From assembly GCF_009914755.1 (NCBI RefSeq), contig NC_060938.1: a DNA stretch of 64,000 nt. The stretch is one strand, 5' to 3'. Both the position numbers and the translations under genes were made by a program. Shown here piece by piece: positions 1 to 13,640 of the stretch; the first letter of the stretch is position 1; each line of letters starts with the position of its first letter. Source of the stretch: the human T2T-CHM13v2.0 reference genome, Homo sapiens. The notes beneath the pieces were generated by a model. The model did not search any database, was not told the DNA's origin, and worked only from the letters and a program-made list of their open reading frames with translations.

Positions 1-33
1 GATTTTGAGATGCTTTGAAAATAGGCATTAGAA

Positions 34-337
34 GACCAGGCATGGTGGCTCGTACCTGTAATCCCAGCACTTTGGGAGGCTGAGGCGGGTGGATCACCTG
101 AGGTTGGGAGTTCGAGACCAACCTGACCAGCATGGAGAAACCCTGTCTCTATTAAACATACAAAATTAGCCGGGCATGGTGGCACATGCCTGTAATCCCA
201 GCCACTCAGGAAGGCTGAGGCAGGAGAATCGCTTGAACCCAGGAGGCAGAGGTTGCGGTGAGCCGAGATCGTGCCATTGTACTCCAGCCTGGGCAACAAG
301 AGCAAAAACTCCGTCTCAAAAAGAAAAGAAAAGAAAA
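34..337 (+). mobile_element. Alu (AluSp-like)
   Basis: Full dimeric Alu with Sp-type 'gggagttcgagacc..tgacc..catggagaaacc'. 17-bp TSD GAAAATAGGCATTAGAA at 17-33 and 338-354. Confidence 0.95.
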
Positions 338-684
338 GAAAATAGGCATTAGAAATGGACAGCAAGTTAAGGAACTTTCAGATGCACCCCCACTTCCTAG
401 AGAAGTGGCTATTATATAGGTAGAGGTCCATATAAAAAGAGACAATATGGAAACTAAAGGAAATTCTCTAGCAGATCATTATGCCAAAGAAGCTACTTTA
501 ACCAAGCTTATGACTCTATCTATACCTTTAAAGGATAAATCTCTGGGGGATTCAAAGAGGCCATTATAAAATATTGACATTTAGCCCCTGATTTTGAAAA
601 AGAATGGAAAACATCTAGTTGTACTCTTCACTCAGATAATTCCTGGTGCTGCTTGGTGACACCAGATGATCTCAAGTAGATATT

Positions 685-1179
685 TCTAAAGGAGTTCAAA
701 ACATACCACCCCAAAATATGCCTTTCTGGCATATGGATTATTTTGAATTAAAAGCTCTTGAAAAACAGCAGATGCAAGAAGGGCACTCTGATCTTTCTAA
801 AAGCAGGAGACAATGCTCCCACGTAACAGGGACCCTCCGTGGAAGAAGGAAGACATTCTTGTTACCAGAGATGGGGGCAGCTGAGGTTGAGAGAAAACTA
901 CAAATAAACCTTGTTAAACTAGCCCTTATCTCCCTAGCCACTTCTCCACGATTAACAGCCCTAGCCCATATCCCTTTGACTTGTTTTCACAATTTACTGT
1001 TCTTTGTCTAACTTAGTATATAAGCATCCACTCAGACTGGTTCATTTCCAGAAGGCTTCCATGCCATGTAAAACTTACATTAAATAAATGTGTATGCTTT
1101 TCACTTTTTAATCTGCCTTCTGTTACAGAGCCCCGCCTTAGAACTTAAGACAAATAAGAAAGATATTTCCTCCCCTACA
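685..1179 (+). mobile_element. Solo ERV1 LTR (MER34/MER39-like)
   Basis: Starts with 'ggagttcaaaacataccaccccaaaatatg', has AATAAA at ~1083 and ends 'ttcctcccctaca'. It interrupts the pol sequence. Confidence 0.7.
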
Positions 1180-1379
1180 TTATCTGGATTTCTCCATGAA
1201 ACACCCATTATGGCATAGACAAATTGGTTACTATCTTAAGTAAACATTGGTAGGAAAACTTTGAAAAGGCAACTGAGCTTACTTTTGGGTCATGTGTCAC
1301 CTGTCAAAAATATAACTCTGGAAAAACTGTAAAGTTGGGACATGGCCAGAAACCAAAGCCTCTTTGGACACCTTCGGAC

Positions 1380-1781
1380 TGTTACATGGAATAAAACCTT
1401 AGACAAGTGTACATTTTAGCTGAGTTTATTTGAGCAAAGAAAAGCAGAACAAAACAAAGCAAACAAAGCAAAAACAAAACAAAAAAAAGCAGTTCAAAAA
1501 TCAGGCACGATTTGGAACTAGAGGAAATTCAGAGAACTCCAACCAATGACATAATCTGATAGCATTTATAGGAGACAAAAGAAGCATGGTACAGAGGCAG
1601 CTTAATTGGTTAATTGGTTACAGAGTCTCCTGCAATTAGTTAAAGCTCAGCTGCAACATATTGTAAGCCTGTAAACAACTAAGCCTAACAGATCAAACAA
1701 CACACCGTATCTGTTTGATCTGTTAGGCTTAGTGCAGGAGCCCAGTCCAAATCAATGGCCTTGCTTAAATTTTATTTCACA
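1380..1781 (-). mobile_element. Solo ERV1 LTR (MER67-like, family tentative)
   Basis: TG...CA ends, near-TSD GGAC/AGAC, minus-strand AATAAA near 1425. It splits the integrase sequence. Confidence 0.6.
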
Positions 1782-3004
1782 AGACACTTCACCGGCTTTC
1801 ACTCTCCCTGGGATTTGAATATGTTTTAGATATTGTATGTCTGTTTTCAGGATGAGTTGAAGAATTTCTTTGCCAAAATGCTACAGCCCTTACAGCCGTG
1901 AACAAGCTGCTTGATTTTATGTTTTCAATCTGGGGCATCCCACCTTTTATATCAAGTGACTGAGGCACACACTTTAAGGCGACCTTTATAAAAGAACTCT
2001 TACTCAAAAACTACACCATCCTTACCACCCACAAAAACGACCCATGGCATCCTTACATTAAAATAAGCAACAATTTCAGAAACCCTTGAGCTCCCTTGAC
2101 CAAGAGTATATCCACTATCCTTTACGGATATACAGGCCACTTTCTTGGAGACACATAGGTTATCCCCCTATGAGTTGATACCGGGAAGGTCCATGCATTT
2201 AGAGATTTCACCTCCAATACTAGAGTCTGTCCTACTCCATGCAGACATGACAAGATACTGCAAGGGACTCATGTATTGTACGTGGTCCTATCACCAACAG
2301 GTTAAGGTCCCCTTCCTACAAAATCTTCCTAAACAACCTCTCCATGATCCTCAACTAGTGGATTTGTCTACTGGAAGAAAAATCAGAGAATAACTGCTTT
2401 TGAACTTCATTCAAAAGGAAGAGATCTTATCAGATACTGTTAACAATAGATACAGCAGTGAAACTCCAAGGAGCCAACCTTTGGGTTCATGTTTCACAAC
2501 TGAAGAAGAGATTCAAAATTCCACACAGTTGGAAGGCCACTTCGATTTTGTCTGCACCATTGCCAGTGCTTCTTGTGATACTTAGGTCAAGGACACAGGC
2601 AAGGTTAAAAAAAAAAAAGACTATATTGCTTCAAAAAAAAACCTATTAATATTTGGATCTCTAAGGTCCTCATGGCTTATGGGATTTGTTTTCTTGGCCT
2701 AGGTTAAGCAATTGGAGTTCCTGGTTCTAAAGCATCTCAGAGGGACTATCAATTGTTTCTTATTTTTCTGATAGTGGTCATGATGCTAGTCTGTTCCGTT
2801 TTATCCAGAGTTTTAAATGCTTCTAGCAGCCACTCTGTCATCAGATGATTGCCATAATGATACAATAGAAAGATCAAGAAGATCTTACAATCCAGGTCAC
2901 TATGAAGATGACTGAACAATTTATGATTGGTGAAGATGTGAAATTCTAACTTTCTCTGAGTTGGTCAACTTCTCAGAAGTCAGAGAATGACCAAAAGGAG
3001 GGAC

Positions 3005-3549
3005 TGAAAGACTGACCATACAAATGAACAATGACCAGACCATATATAAAGATGGAACTCTGACCTGTAGTCTCCAGCAATAAGTATGAGAAGCCAACCC
3101 ACTATATACAGCAAACAATCCAGGAAGCCAAACAACTCCTATAGCAATTGGCCCCAAACAGCTAGGACTTGATTACCCCTATTTTATTTCTTAATTTTTT
3201 CCTTGCTTGAAAGTCTCTCTTTATGGACTTGATTAATAACTGAAAAGTTCCCTAATATTTATTTCCGCTTCCCCAAATTAGGACCAATCAGAGAAAGCCA
3301 ATATGCATCCCTAATCCAACACATAGGATGCCCTGCTTCCAGTAGCCCACTTACAGCTTCTGCATGCCGCAGCCTGCAACCAGAGCATCCCTGAAGCCTT
3401 TCCTGTTTTCCATTGTGAAGATTCCCACTCTCCTGCCTACTGTGAGTGTCTGCCAAATGCAAGTGATGGTGGTTACCTGCCATCTGTGGCCAACTCTGAA
3501 TAAACAGCCTTTGCTTATTCTCATTTGGGTGGCTGTGCTCATTTCCACA
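3005..3549 (+). mobile_element. 3' LTR of the old ERV (MER90-like, tentative)
   Basis: TG after the polypurine tract, AATAAA at ~3499, ends 'atttccaca'. Confidence 0.75.
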
Positions 3550-4011
3550 AGCTCTTTAGAAGAATAAGGAAGTGGGTATGTACAGGGTAAGGACGTTTTT
3601 ACAAGAAAAGCTCAGATAATCTGAAGGATGTCCTATCATTAGGCTGGCTACAAAAGCTCAGCACAGCCCCCCAAATACACATGTACGAGCACACACACAC
3701 CCTGCATGCACGTACATACAATATGCACACACACATACAATAGATGATATTCCAGGATTCCTTTTGAACCCCAGAAAGTGAGAAGGCAAAGGAAAATTAG
3801 AACAGGAAAAGACGGAACAGTGGGGGCAGACAAAGGGAGCGGAGTGGTGTTTGAAAGTTGAAGGAAGTGAGGGGAAAGAATGCAAGAACCAGCTAAAAGA
3901 GATCCGAAGCCCGTGCTGTCCCACGCCTCTCACCCATTGCCTACAACCCAGATGCCCATGAAGATAAAGTAGGATAACAGCCAAGATGACATCCCTCAAC
4001 TCATTCCCTTT

Positions 4012-4297
4012 ATTTTTTATTTTTTTATTTTTTATTTTTGAGACAGCTGTTGCCCATCTCAGCTCACTGAAACGTCTGCCTCCCGGGTTCAAGCAATTCT
4101 CCTGCCTCAGCCTCCTGAGTAGCTGAGATTACAGGCACCTGCCACCATGCCTGGCTAATTTTTGTGGGGTTTTCTTTTTAGTAGAGATGGGGTTTCGCCA
4201 TGTTGGCCCAGCTCGTCTTGAACTCCCGACCTCAAGCGATCCGCCCGCCTTGGCCTCCCAAAGTGCTGGGATTACAGGTGTGAGCCATCACACCCAA
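4012..4297 (-). mobile_element. Alu (AluS) with short internal deletion
   Basis: Poly-T followed by reverse Alu. The segment after 'gttgccca' is missing. Confidence 0.9.
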
Positions 4298-4777
4298 CCA
4301 ACTCTTCCTCTTTTGTAGGAAGCTCATTTCTGGCCTGCAGAGTCCTCTTCCCTGAATCGTGTGCGCTTAGGCCACTTACTGGCTAATGCTGACCTATGAT
4401 GGATCAAGGAGCAGAACTGGGCAAGAGGCTACAGTGGAAGTGGCAGAGTCAGAGACCTCCATCTTAAGTTCCCTCCGTCTGGGGACTCTTTCTCTCTTCT
4501 GTCTCTCAGTGGCCTCAGACATTAAAGAATTTGGGACAGATACATTTAAGAGTTCATTCTCAGCCATGTCTGAGGAAGTATGTCTGAGTCTGAGGGCGTT
4601 TGAAGGTATGTGAGGGGCAGGAATGCAGCTTCAGAAAAGCTGTGCTTCGTCTTCAGTTCTCAGCCTCTCCTTCCTGAGCTCCTTCCCTGTCTGGCTTCTT
4701 CCACACATCTATACAGAGACTGTCTGTCTGTCTGTCTTTTATTCTTAAGAATCCAGAATCATTTAGAACCCAGTCAG

Positions 4778-5075
<298 letters not shown>

Positions 5076-7331
5076 TGTAGCTCCTATTTAAAAGGACTTC
5101 ACTCAGTGAGGGTGGATATAGCTGAATCATTTTCTTCGGGAGAGCATCTGCTGGCTCCCCAAAATCTCTTTGCAGAAACTTGTGATAAGCCTGAGTGTGA
5201 AGGAATGGTGTGAGGGGGAAACATCCAATTGCAGGAAGGTGAGAAACAAGGAGCTGGAGTCTGGTGGGCTCCAGAAGGTATGAGTGCAACTGGCCTACCT
5301 CATGTTCTTGGGAGCCTGAGTCTCCTCCTTAGAAAGTGACTCTGCAGTGAAGACATCAGATTTCTTAGTACTTTTCCCAAAATGCCAACTTCTCTGTCAC
5401 TGAGCATGACTGGGCTATCCAGGTCCCAAGTTTGAATTTTTGAAGGGAGGACAAACTTCAGAGTTCAAGGTGGTCTCCCCAGACCACAGTCATGTCAGGA
5501 AACCGCACCAGTGACTGGCCTGCTGCCAGGCTTCGGTGAGGATATGAAGGGAAGTACATTTTTGCCCTTTTCACAGAGTGCCTGGAAATGAATCCCTGAA
5601 ATCCTCCTAAAGCCAAAGGCAGCCCTAGACGGTTAGAGCTACACCACACCCAAGGGCTCAGGGCCCCAAGGAACCTCCTCAGAGACAGGCTGTGGGAAGG
5701 CCCACCCCTCCCATGTTCTCTCAGGAAACACATCTGCCCCCGTCCCAATCTACACAGTTTTCCTGACTGGAGCAAAGGTCAATTTGAACTGCAGGAGCTT
5801 GGGAGATTTTATGATCCTATGGGCTAAAGAGTCTCTTAGGAGACAGTATAGCCCCTCAAGCCCAATCCAAAACTAAGCATTTACGGGCCTCAACTGAGAA
5901 ACCCCCTCCCCAGTGAAACATTATGCAAGTTTTTCCTAATTTCTGTCTCCCGTCCACATTGCAACGTTTTGCCTCATGTGACAAACCAATTACTGAAGGG
6001 GAAAAGGCAACCGTGGCTGTGCTGGCTATCATTCCTGTGTTTATTCCCCTTTTATAAGACTCTCCACCTCTCTGTCCATTAGGCTTCCACTCCCACCCCC
6101 AATCCCACCCCACCCCCACCCCACAGTATGAACTGGGAGAGAAAGAGGTTCTGATGCCTGAGCCCTTGGCTGAGGCCCACCAAGCACAGGTTCTACTTTC
6201 CCAGACAGTGGCTCTGACTGGCCTGTGAGCACACCAGGTGCAGTCAACAATCTGGTCTCCAGAACACACAGGGGGCCTCCACCTCCTCTGGTGCCACCAT
6301 CCCAGCCTCCTGACACTACCAGTTTTCCTCACTCTCCATAGGTCCCTTCCCACCCCACAGACCAGCCCTGGTCTTTTAAAATGGAAATCAAATGTTGCCA
6401 GGGTGTCTATAGAAAGATAGAGACTTCGTTATCTCTGGTTCCTGATTACAGAAGACCTGATTCCCTTTCAGCCTGGGTTGTTCAGTGGTCTCTTGACTTC
6501 ATCCATTTTCTGAGAACTTTTCCTATCCCTGACTCAACCCAACACCACCATTCACCTCTAGATCAGGCACCAGTGCCTCTCATCCCTTCCCTAAGGGACA
6601 GCCCACCTGCCCCAGCCCCTCTAAGAGCTTATTGCTGAGGTCGTCAAAGTATGAACTTTTGACCAGGACTCCCACGTGAAAGAAAATATGGACATTTACC
6701 TTTGAACTCAAGGAACAAAAAGACCCAAGCAATGGAAAGTAACTTCCGCCCATTGGAGGAGACTGAGAGCTGGGGCAGACCAAGGTCAGACAGCACCTTG
6801 GCAGCAGAGGTGGAAAGCATCCTCGGTCCCTGGCTTCCCCACTCTGTGGCAGCATTCTCACTATACCATGCTGGCAAGTATGCTTCAAGTGGGGAGACTG
6901 CCTCCAGGATGTGCACTCAAAGGGCTGAACTTATGGTGAAACTGATCTCTTCTTTTAGGTCTGGATTTCCCCTAGAGTCCCCCCACATCTCTTCCTGCTG
7001 GGAATTGTGGTGGGAGAAAACAGATGGCTTTGCTGCTGACCCCTTCTGAGGAGTTGGAGGATTGGGGACTCCTACTGAGGTCTCATTAGGGGCCCTTCAC
7101 TGGCGCAGCTGGAGTGTGGGTGAGCAGGTCAGGCCTCCCGCTCTTCAGTCCATGGGGGCATTTGTTGATTCCAATGCGACACTGGAGGAAGGGAAGCCTT
7201 CTTAGGGGGACGAGGCCTCTAGGAGGACACCTGCTCCAAGCAGTAGCCTCCCTCTCTTTGAAGAGGTCTCACATGCTGGCTTCATCAAGGAAGCAAGGTC
7301 TGGAGGAAAATCATTGCTTAGAAATGTTTCT

Positions 7332-7648
<317 letters not shown>

Positions 7649-7964
7649 GCAATGTTTCCTTTCACATCTGCCATCTCCTGCCTCCTCCTTCTGTTAATCT
7701 TGAGGACTCTCACAATGGCATGACAGTACCTCTTTTCCCATAGGAGGACATATTGCCAAGGGACAAAGCACATGGATGGGGGAGCCTATCAGGTCTATCA
7801 AGGTGAAGAGAGGCCAGTGTTATCTCATTTAGAGAACAAGACTCACATTTGCTTAAATGGAGCCTGTTATCTGTCACTAAATTCAGCCTTCTGACCCATT
7901 GTCTGACCTGCTTCCATCACTCCAATCCAATCTGGCTGAATTCCTGCCCACTGAACATGGTTCG

Positions 7965-10177
7965 TGTCACACACGTCTGTATGAAGGGAGTCCACCAACA
8001 GGCTTTATGTGAGCAACAAGGCTGTTTATTTCACCTGGGTGCAGGTGGGCTGAGTCTGAAAAAGGAGTCAGCAAAGGGTGATGGGATTATCATCGGTTCT
8101 TACAGGTTTTGGGATAGGCGGTGGAGTTAGGAGCGATGTTTTGAGGGCAGGGAGTGGATCTCACGAAGTACATTCTCAAGGGTGGGGAGATTACAAAGAA
8201 CCTTCTTAAGGGTGGGGAGGTTACAAAGTACATTGATCAGTCAGGGTGGGGCAGAGACAAATCACAATGGTGGAATGCCATCAGTTAAGGCTATTTTCAC
8301 TTCTTTTGTGGATCTTCAGTTGCTTCAGGCCACCTGGATGTATACCTGTAGGTCACGGGGGTATGATGGCTTAGCTTGGGCTCAGAGGCCTGACATTCCT
8401 GTCTTCTTATATTAATAAGAAAAACAAAACAAACTAGTGGTGAAGTGTTGGGGCGGCAAAAATTTTGGGGGGTGGTATGGAGAGATAATGGGCGATGTTT
8501 CTCAGGGCTGCGTCGAGCGGAACTAGGGGTGGTGTGGGAACCTACAGCGGGAGAGATTTAACTGAAGAAAGATTTTGGGGTAAGGGGTGATATTGTGGGG
8601 TTGTTAGAAGGAGCATTTGTTGTATAGAATTATTGGTGATGGCCTGGTTGCGGTTTTGTATGAATTGAGAAACCAAACAAAAGACACAAGGTCTGAATAA
8701 GAGAAGGAGAAAAACAGGTATTAAAGGACTAAGAATTGGGAGGACCCAGGACGTCCAATTAGAGAGTGTCCAAGGAGGTTCAGTGTAATTACTTGTTTGG
8801 TTGGTGAATTTTTGGGCTCTATTTTTGACAGAGTCCTTTTTGCTAAGTTGGAGGCTGAGCTTGGCGAGGTGTGTTTTGAAAAGACCATTAGTCCGTTCTA
8901 CCTTTCCTGAAGATTGAGGATGGTAAGGGTTATGAAGTTTCCACTGAATACCAAGAGCCTGAGAAACTGCTTGGGTGATTTGACTAATAAAGGCTGGTCC
9001 GTTATCGGACTGTATAGAGGTGGGAAGGCCAAACCGAGGAATTGTGTCTGACAGAAGGGAAGAAATGACTGCGGTGGCCTTCTCAGACCCTGTGGGAAAG
9101 GTCTCTACCCATCCAGTGAAAGTGTCTACCCAGACCAAGAGGTTTTCTAGTTTCCTGACTCGGGGCATGTGAGTAAAGTCAATTTGCCAGTCCTGGGCAG
9201 GGGCAAATCCCCGAGCTTGGTGTGTAGGGAAGGGAGGGGGCCTGAATAATCCCTGAGGAGTAGTAGAATAGAAGATGGAACACTGAGAAGTGATTTCCTT
9301 GAGGATAGATTTCCACAATGGAAAGGAAATGAGAGGTTCTAAGAGGCGGGCTAGTGGCTTGTAACCTACATGGAAGGGGTTATGAAACAACGACAGAATA
9401 GAATGGGCCTGTGAGGCTGGGAGGTATTGAGGGTAGGAGAGTATATGGGTTTGGCACCACGGGGTGGATAGGCAAGACAATTTGGTTGATAAGGTGCAAA
9501 TCCTGAACTAACCTGTATAAAAGGCCATGCTGTAACAAGCAACTGATAACAGGCTTTAATCCTTTTAAAGCCTGCTGTGGGATGGGATACTGGTGTTGAG
9601 CAGGGTAAGGGTGATTAGGTTTTAATGGGATGACAAGGGGTGCATGATCGGTTGCCAAGGAGGGAGTAGAGGTATCCCATACTTGTGGATTAAGGTGGAG
9701 AGATACAAGGGGAAGGATGCGAAGGAGGCTTTGAACTGGGGAAAAGGGTGGCAATGAGGTGTGGCTGTAGCCCAGGAATAGTCAGGGAAGCAGATAATTT
9801 AGTTAAAATGTCTCGACATAATAAGGGAGGTGGGCAGGTGGGGATAACTTAAAAGGAGTGCATAAAAGAATGTTGTCCAAGTTGGCACCAGAGTTGGGGA
9901 GTTTTAAGAGGTTTAGCAGCCTGGCCGTCAATATCCACAATGGCTATGGAGGCAAGTGAAACAGGACCTTGAAAAGAATACCTTCTTAAGGGTGGGGGAG
10001 ATTACAAAGTACATCTATCAGTTAGGGTGGGGCAGAAACAAATCACAATGGTGGAATGTCATCAGTTAAGGCTATTTTCACTTCTTTTGTGGATCTTCAG
10101 TTGTTTCAGGCCATCTGGATGTATACGTGCAGGTCACAGGGCATATGATGGTTTAGCTTGGGCTTAGAGGCCTGACA
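7965..10177 (-). mobile_element. Internally deleted HERV-H provirus (LTR7B-type LTRs)
   Basis: Complete 3' LTR at 7965-8395 (reverse complement TGTCAGGCCTCTGAGCCCAAGCTAAGCC...) with a polypurine tract next to it. Env TM, integrase and RT fragments follow. The 5' LTR is truncated (~9979-10177). Imperfect TSD GTTCG/GTTGT. Confidence 0.93.
8542..9480 (-). pseudogene. HERV-H open frame: integrase core fused in-frame to the env TM C-terminus (TTG start, probably non-coding)
   Basis: 312 stop-free codons containing WQIDF...QSDNG-35aa-E (VERTNG), followed by WVLPILSPLIPVFLLLLF (TM anchor). Confidence 0.7.
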
Positions 10178-10204
10178 GTTGTCACTTCTCCAGAACAGCC
10201 AATC

Positions 10205-10363
10205 TTTTTTTTTTTTTTTTTTTTTTTTTGAGAGAGAGAGAAAAAGAGCGAGACACAGAGAGATAGAGACAGAAAGACAGACAGACACACACACACACAG
10301 AGAAAGAGGTCCAAACAGAGGAAAGGACAGAGGAGAGCAGCTTCTTGCAAGAGAGAGAGAGAG

Positions 10364-10394
<31 letters not shown>

Positions 10395-10600
10395 GACAGA
10401 AACACACACACACACACACACACACACACCTCACAGAGGTCCAAACGGAAGAAAGGAGAGAGGAGAGCAGCTCCTTGCAGGAGAGAGAGAGAAAGAGACA
10501 GAGAGAGACAGACAGAGAGATAGCCAGAAAGAGAGACAGAGAGAGACACCCAGAGAGACAGAGAGAGAGAGAGAAGGAGAGAGAGACGAGAGAGAAAGAT
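10205..10600. repeat. Poly-T plus (GA)n/(CA)n compound microsatellite with a 130-bp duplicated unit
   Basis: 'gaggtccaaac..gaggagagcagct.cttgca' occurs at 10306 and 10436 between CA and GA runs. Confidence 0.9.
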
Positions 10601-11013
10601 CCCAAAAAATGGAGAAGGGCCAATCTTCAACCTCTCTCTGCCATTCTGGTTCTGCCCCAAACTCAACTCTACTTCCTCTTTTTCTTTTTCTTTTACCTAT
10701 TTATATCTCTCATACAGATGCTAAAAAGCAGACCTCAGCAGAGCTCTGGTTGTTTTATGTGAGCAGAAGCGGGTATCCTACTTAGCACATACACATGTGA
10801 GGAAAAGTGTGGGTATCTGTGTTTCTGCACTAAGGTGTGGGATTTGTTTTCTACAAGCCCCACACATAACCCAGCCCCCTCCACAAGCTGGGTCTTGATG
10901 CCTTTGCCAGTAGGTCACTTGGTGACTGAGGTCAAGTCTTGTGACCTCCCTGTGTCTTAGTATTATCCCCTAAAGAGTAAAGAACAACAATCTCTAAGAT
11001 GGCTCCCAGTTAA

Positions 11014-11373
<360 letters not shown>

Positions 11374-12424
11374 TAAAGATCTTCCCCTCAATATCTCTAA
11401 GGAAGAAAGGTTGGATCTTAATAGGAAATCTAGTTTCTTAAGACTTTTATGCTTCTCACAGAGCCAGAGTTACTTTTGTGAGTGTATTCATCAATTGCCT
11501 TTGGTCTAACTGAAAAAACAAACCCCACACCTTAGTGCAGAAACACAGATACACAGAAAGAGACAAAGTTCTCACCTATACCCCTTCCCCCATACTCCTA
11601 AATTCCTGTGAAAGACCAGCAAAAAAATGGATTTTTACCCCAGTATGGATTTTGTGTATGTTCACACTAAATACAATTCACAAAGTTTTATCTTTCTATG
11701 AAGAAACTAAATGCCACAGTGTATTCACACTTACAGGAATTTAAAGCTTTTATTGTAAAGCTAAGGCAGCATGAAGAGTAAGTGCTGTAATTTAATGTAT
11801 AAATTCATTCTATGTTGATTTCTATAGTAGGAAAAAGCAACTTTGGTCTGTCTGTGGTTCCATCATCAATTCACTGAGTTAAATAGAAAGCTTCAGGAAT
11901 ATAGTATTAACAGAGACCCCAAAATTACAGATAAATCCAGTAATGGAGCTTACAATACAGAATTAGAGGGTGCTAATTAATGAATTTTGGGAACAAGTCA
12001 GCAGTTAATAAATATTCATTAGGAAGTTGCAGTATATATTTCTCTAAGTTACCAAGTGACCTAGATATGGAATATTGAAAAAGATAATTTTGTATCTTTT
12101 GTATCTTTTTTAATTCCTGCTAAATTAATAGAAATATACTACTTGTATTTTCATCACCTACAACATTATTAACATTTTAGGGTGTAATTCTCCACACTTT
12201 TGTCTATGTGTAAGATTTTATAAAATATGAAGTACTGTAACACTGCTTCAGATTCTGCTTTTTCTCTTCAAATGCATCTGGGGTCCTAGTAATATGTAAT
12301 TTCTTAACCTGGATAGTGGTGAACACAGATCTGTTTGCTTTGAGCTAACTTATTGAGCTATGTAATTATGTTTTTTCTGTGTGTATATTTCAATTTTTTT
12401 AAGTTTATTTAAAAACATATCCTA

Positions 12425-12835
<411 letters not shown>

Positions 12836-13061
12836 CTATATTACTCTAAATGGCTCTATAGTATTTCATGTTATGGATATATCATAATTCATTAAACAAA
12901 TTCTGTATTTGGGGACATTTATAAGATTTACAACTTGTTACATGTACACTGCCTTCAATAAAAACTCTTCTATGTCTGCATTTATACTCTTGTGTCATAG
13001 GGCAGATTCTCTACAAAAATAAACACTGAGATTAAGATGTGCATTTAAGATGTTTACTGCA

Positions 13062-13373
13062 GGCCGGGCGCGGTGGCTCATGCCGGTGATCCCAGCACTT
13101 TGGGAGGCTGAGGCGGGCGGATCACCAGGTCAGGAGATGGAGACCATCCTGGCTAACACGGTGAAACCCCATCTCTACTAAAAATACAAAAAAATTAGCC
13201 GGGCGTGGTGGCGGGTGGCTGTAGTCCCAGCTACTCAGGAGGCTGAGACAGGAGGGAGAATGGCGTGAACCCGAGAGGTGGAGCTTGCAGTGAGCCGAGA
13301 TCGCTCCACTGCACTCCAGCCTAGGCGACAGAGCGAGACTCCGTCTCAAAAAAAAAAAAAAAAAAAAAAAAAA
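13062..13373 (+). mobile_element. AluY
   Basis: Y diagnostics 'gagaccatcctggctaacacggtgaaacc' and 'agaatggcgtgaaccc'. TSD GTTTACTGCA. Confidence 0.95.
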
Positions 13374-13640
13374 GTTTACTGCACAGCAATCTTGGGGCAA
13401 TATCTGCAGAGGGAGTGAAGGAAGCATTATCGGGCAGAAGAGGTAGGATTTTGATGCAGTCACAACAAAGGCCTTGGCCAATCCCACAGGTATTCTAGCT
13501 TTCTTTAGAGCTAGATTGACCTTCAGAGTTGTTCTGAATTAAGGTAAAGGGACCAAGCCTTTATATCCCGTTACCATTTATTAGATGTTGACTGCCCTTG
13601 GGGAGGAGGCTTCACTTTTAGCAGGATGGTTCTCTGCCAC

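Larger units (their letters stand above)
1..3004 (+). mobile_element. Degenerate class-I (gamma-like) ERV internal region: pol RNase H and integrase plus env TM remnant, interrupted by an Alu and two solo LTRs
   Basis: Translation from ~353 gives RNase H-like LPREVAII*..HIK..GNSLADHYAKEA. After ~1190 the integrase HHCC region (H..HYG...CVTCQKYN) appears, then the core (CLFSG*VEEF..WGIP..ISSD*GTHF) and C-terminus (LSPYEL.., KLQGANLWVHVSQLKK). A polypurine tract AAAAGGAGGGAC lies just before the LTR at 3005. Many stops and frameshifts. Confidence 0.85.

Noticed and set aside
10106-10785. Several 100-186 aa ORFs (ER/SL/CV-rich)
   Set aside because: Artefacts of stop-free (GA)n/(CA)n microsatellites.
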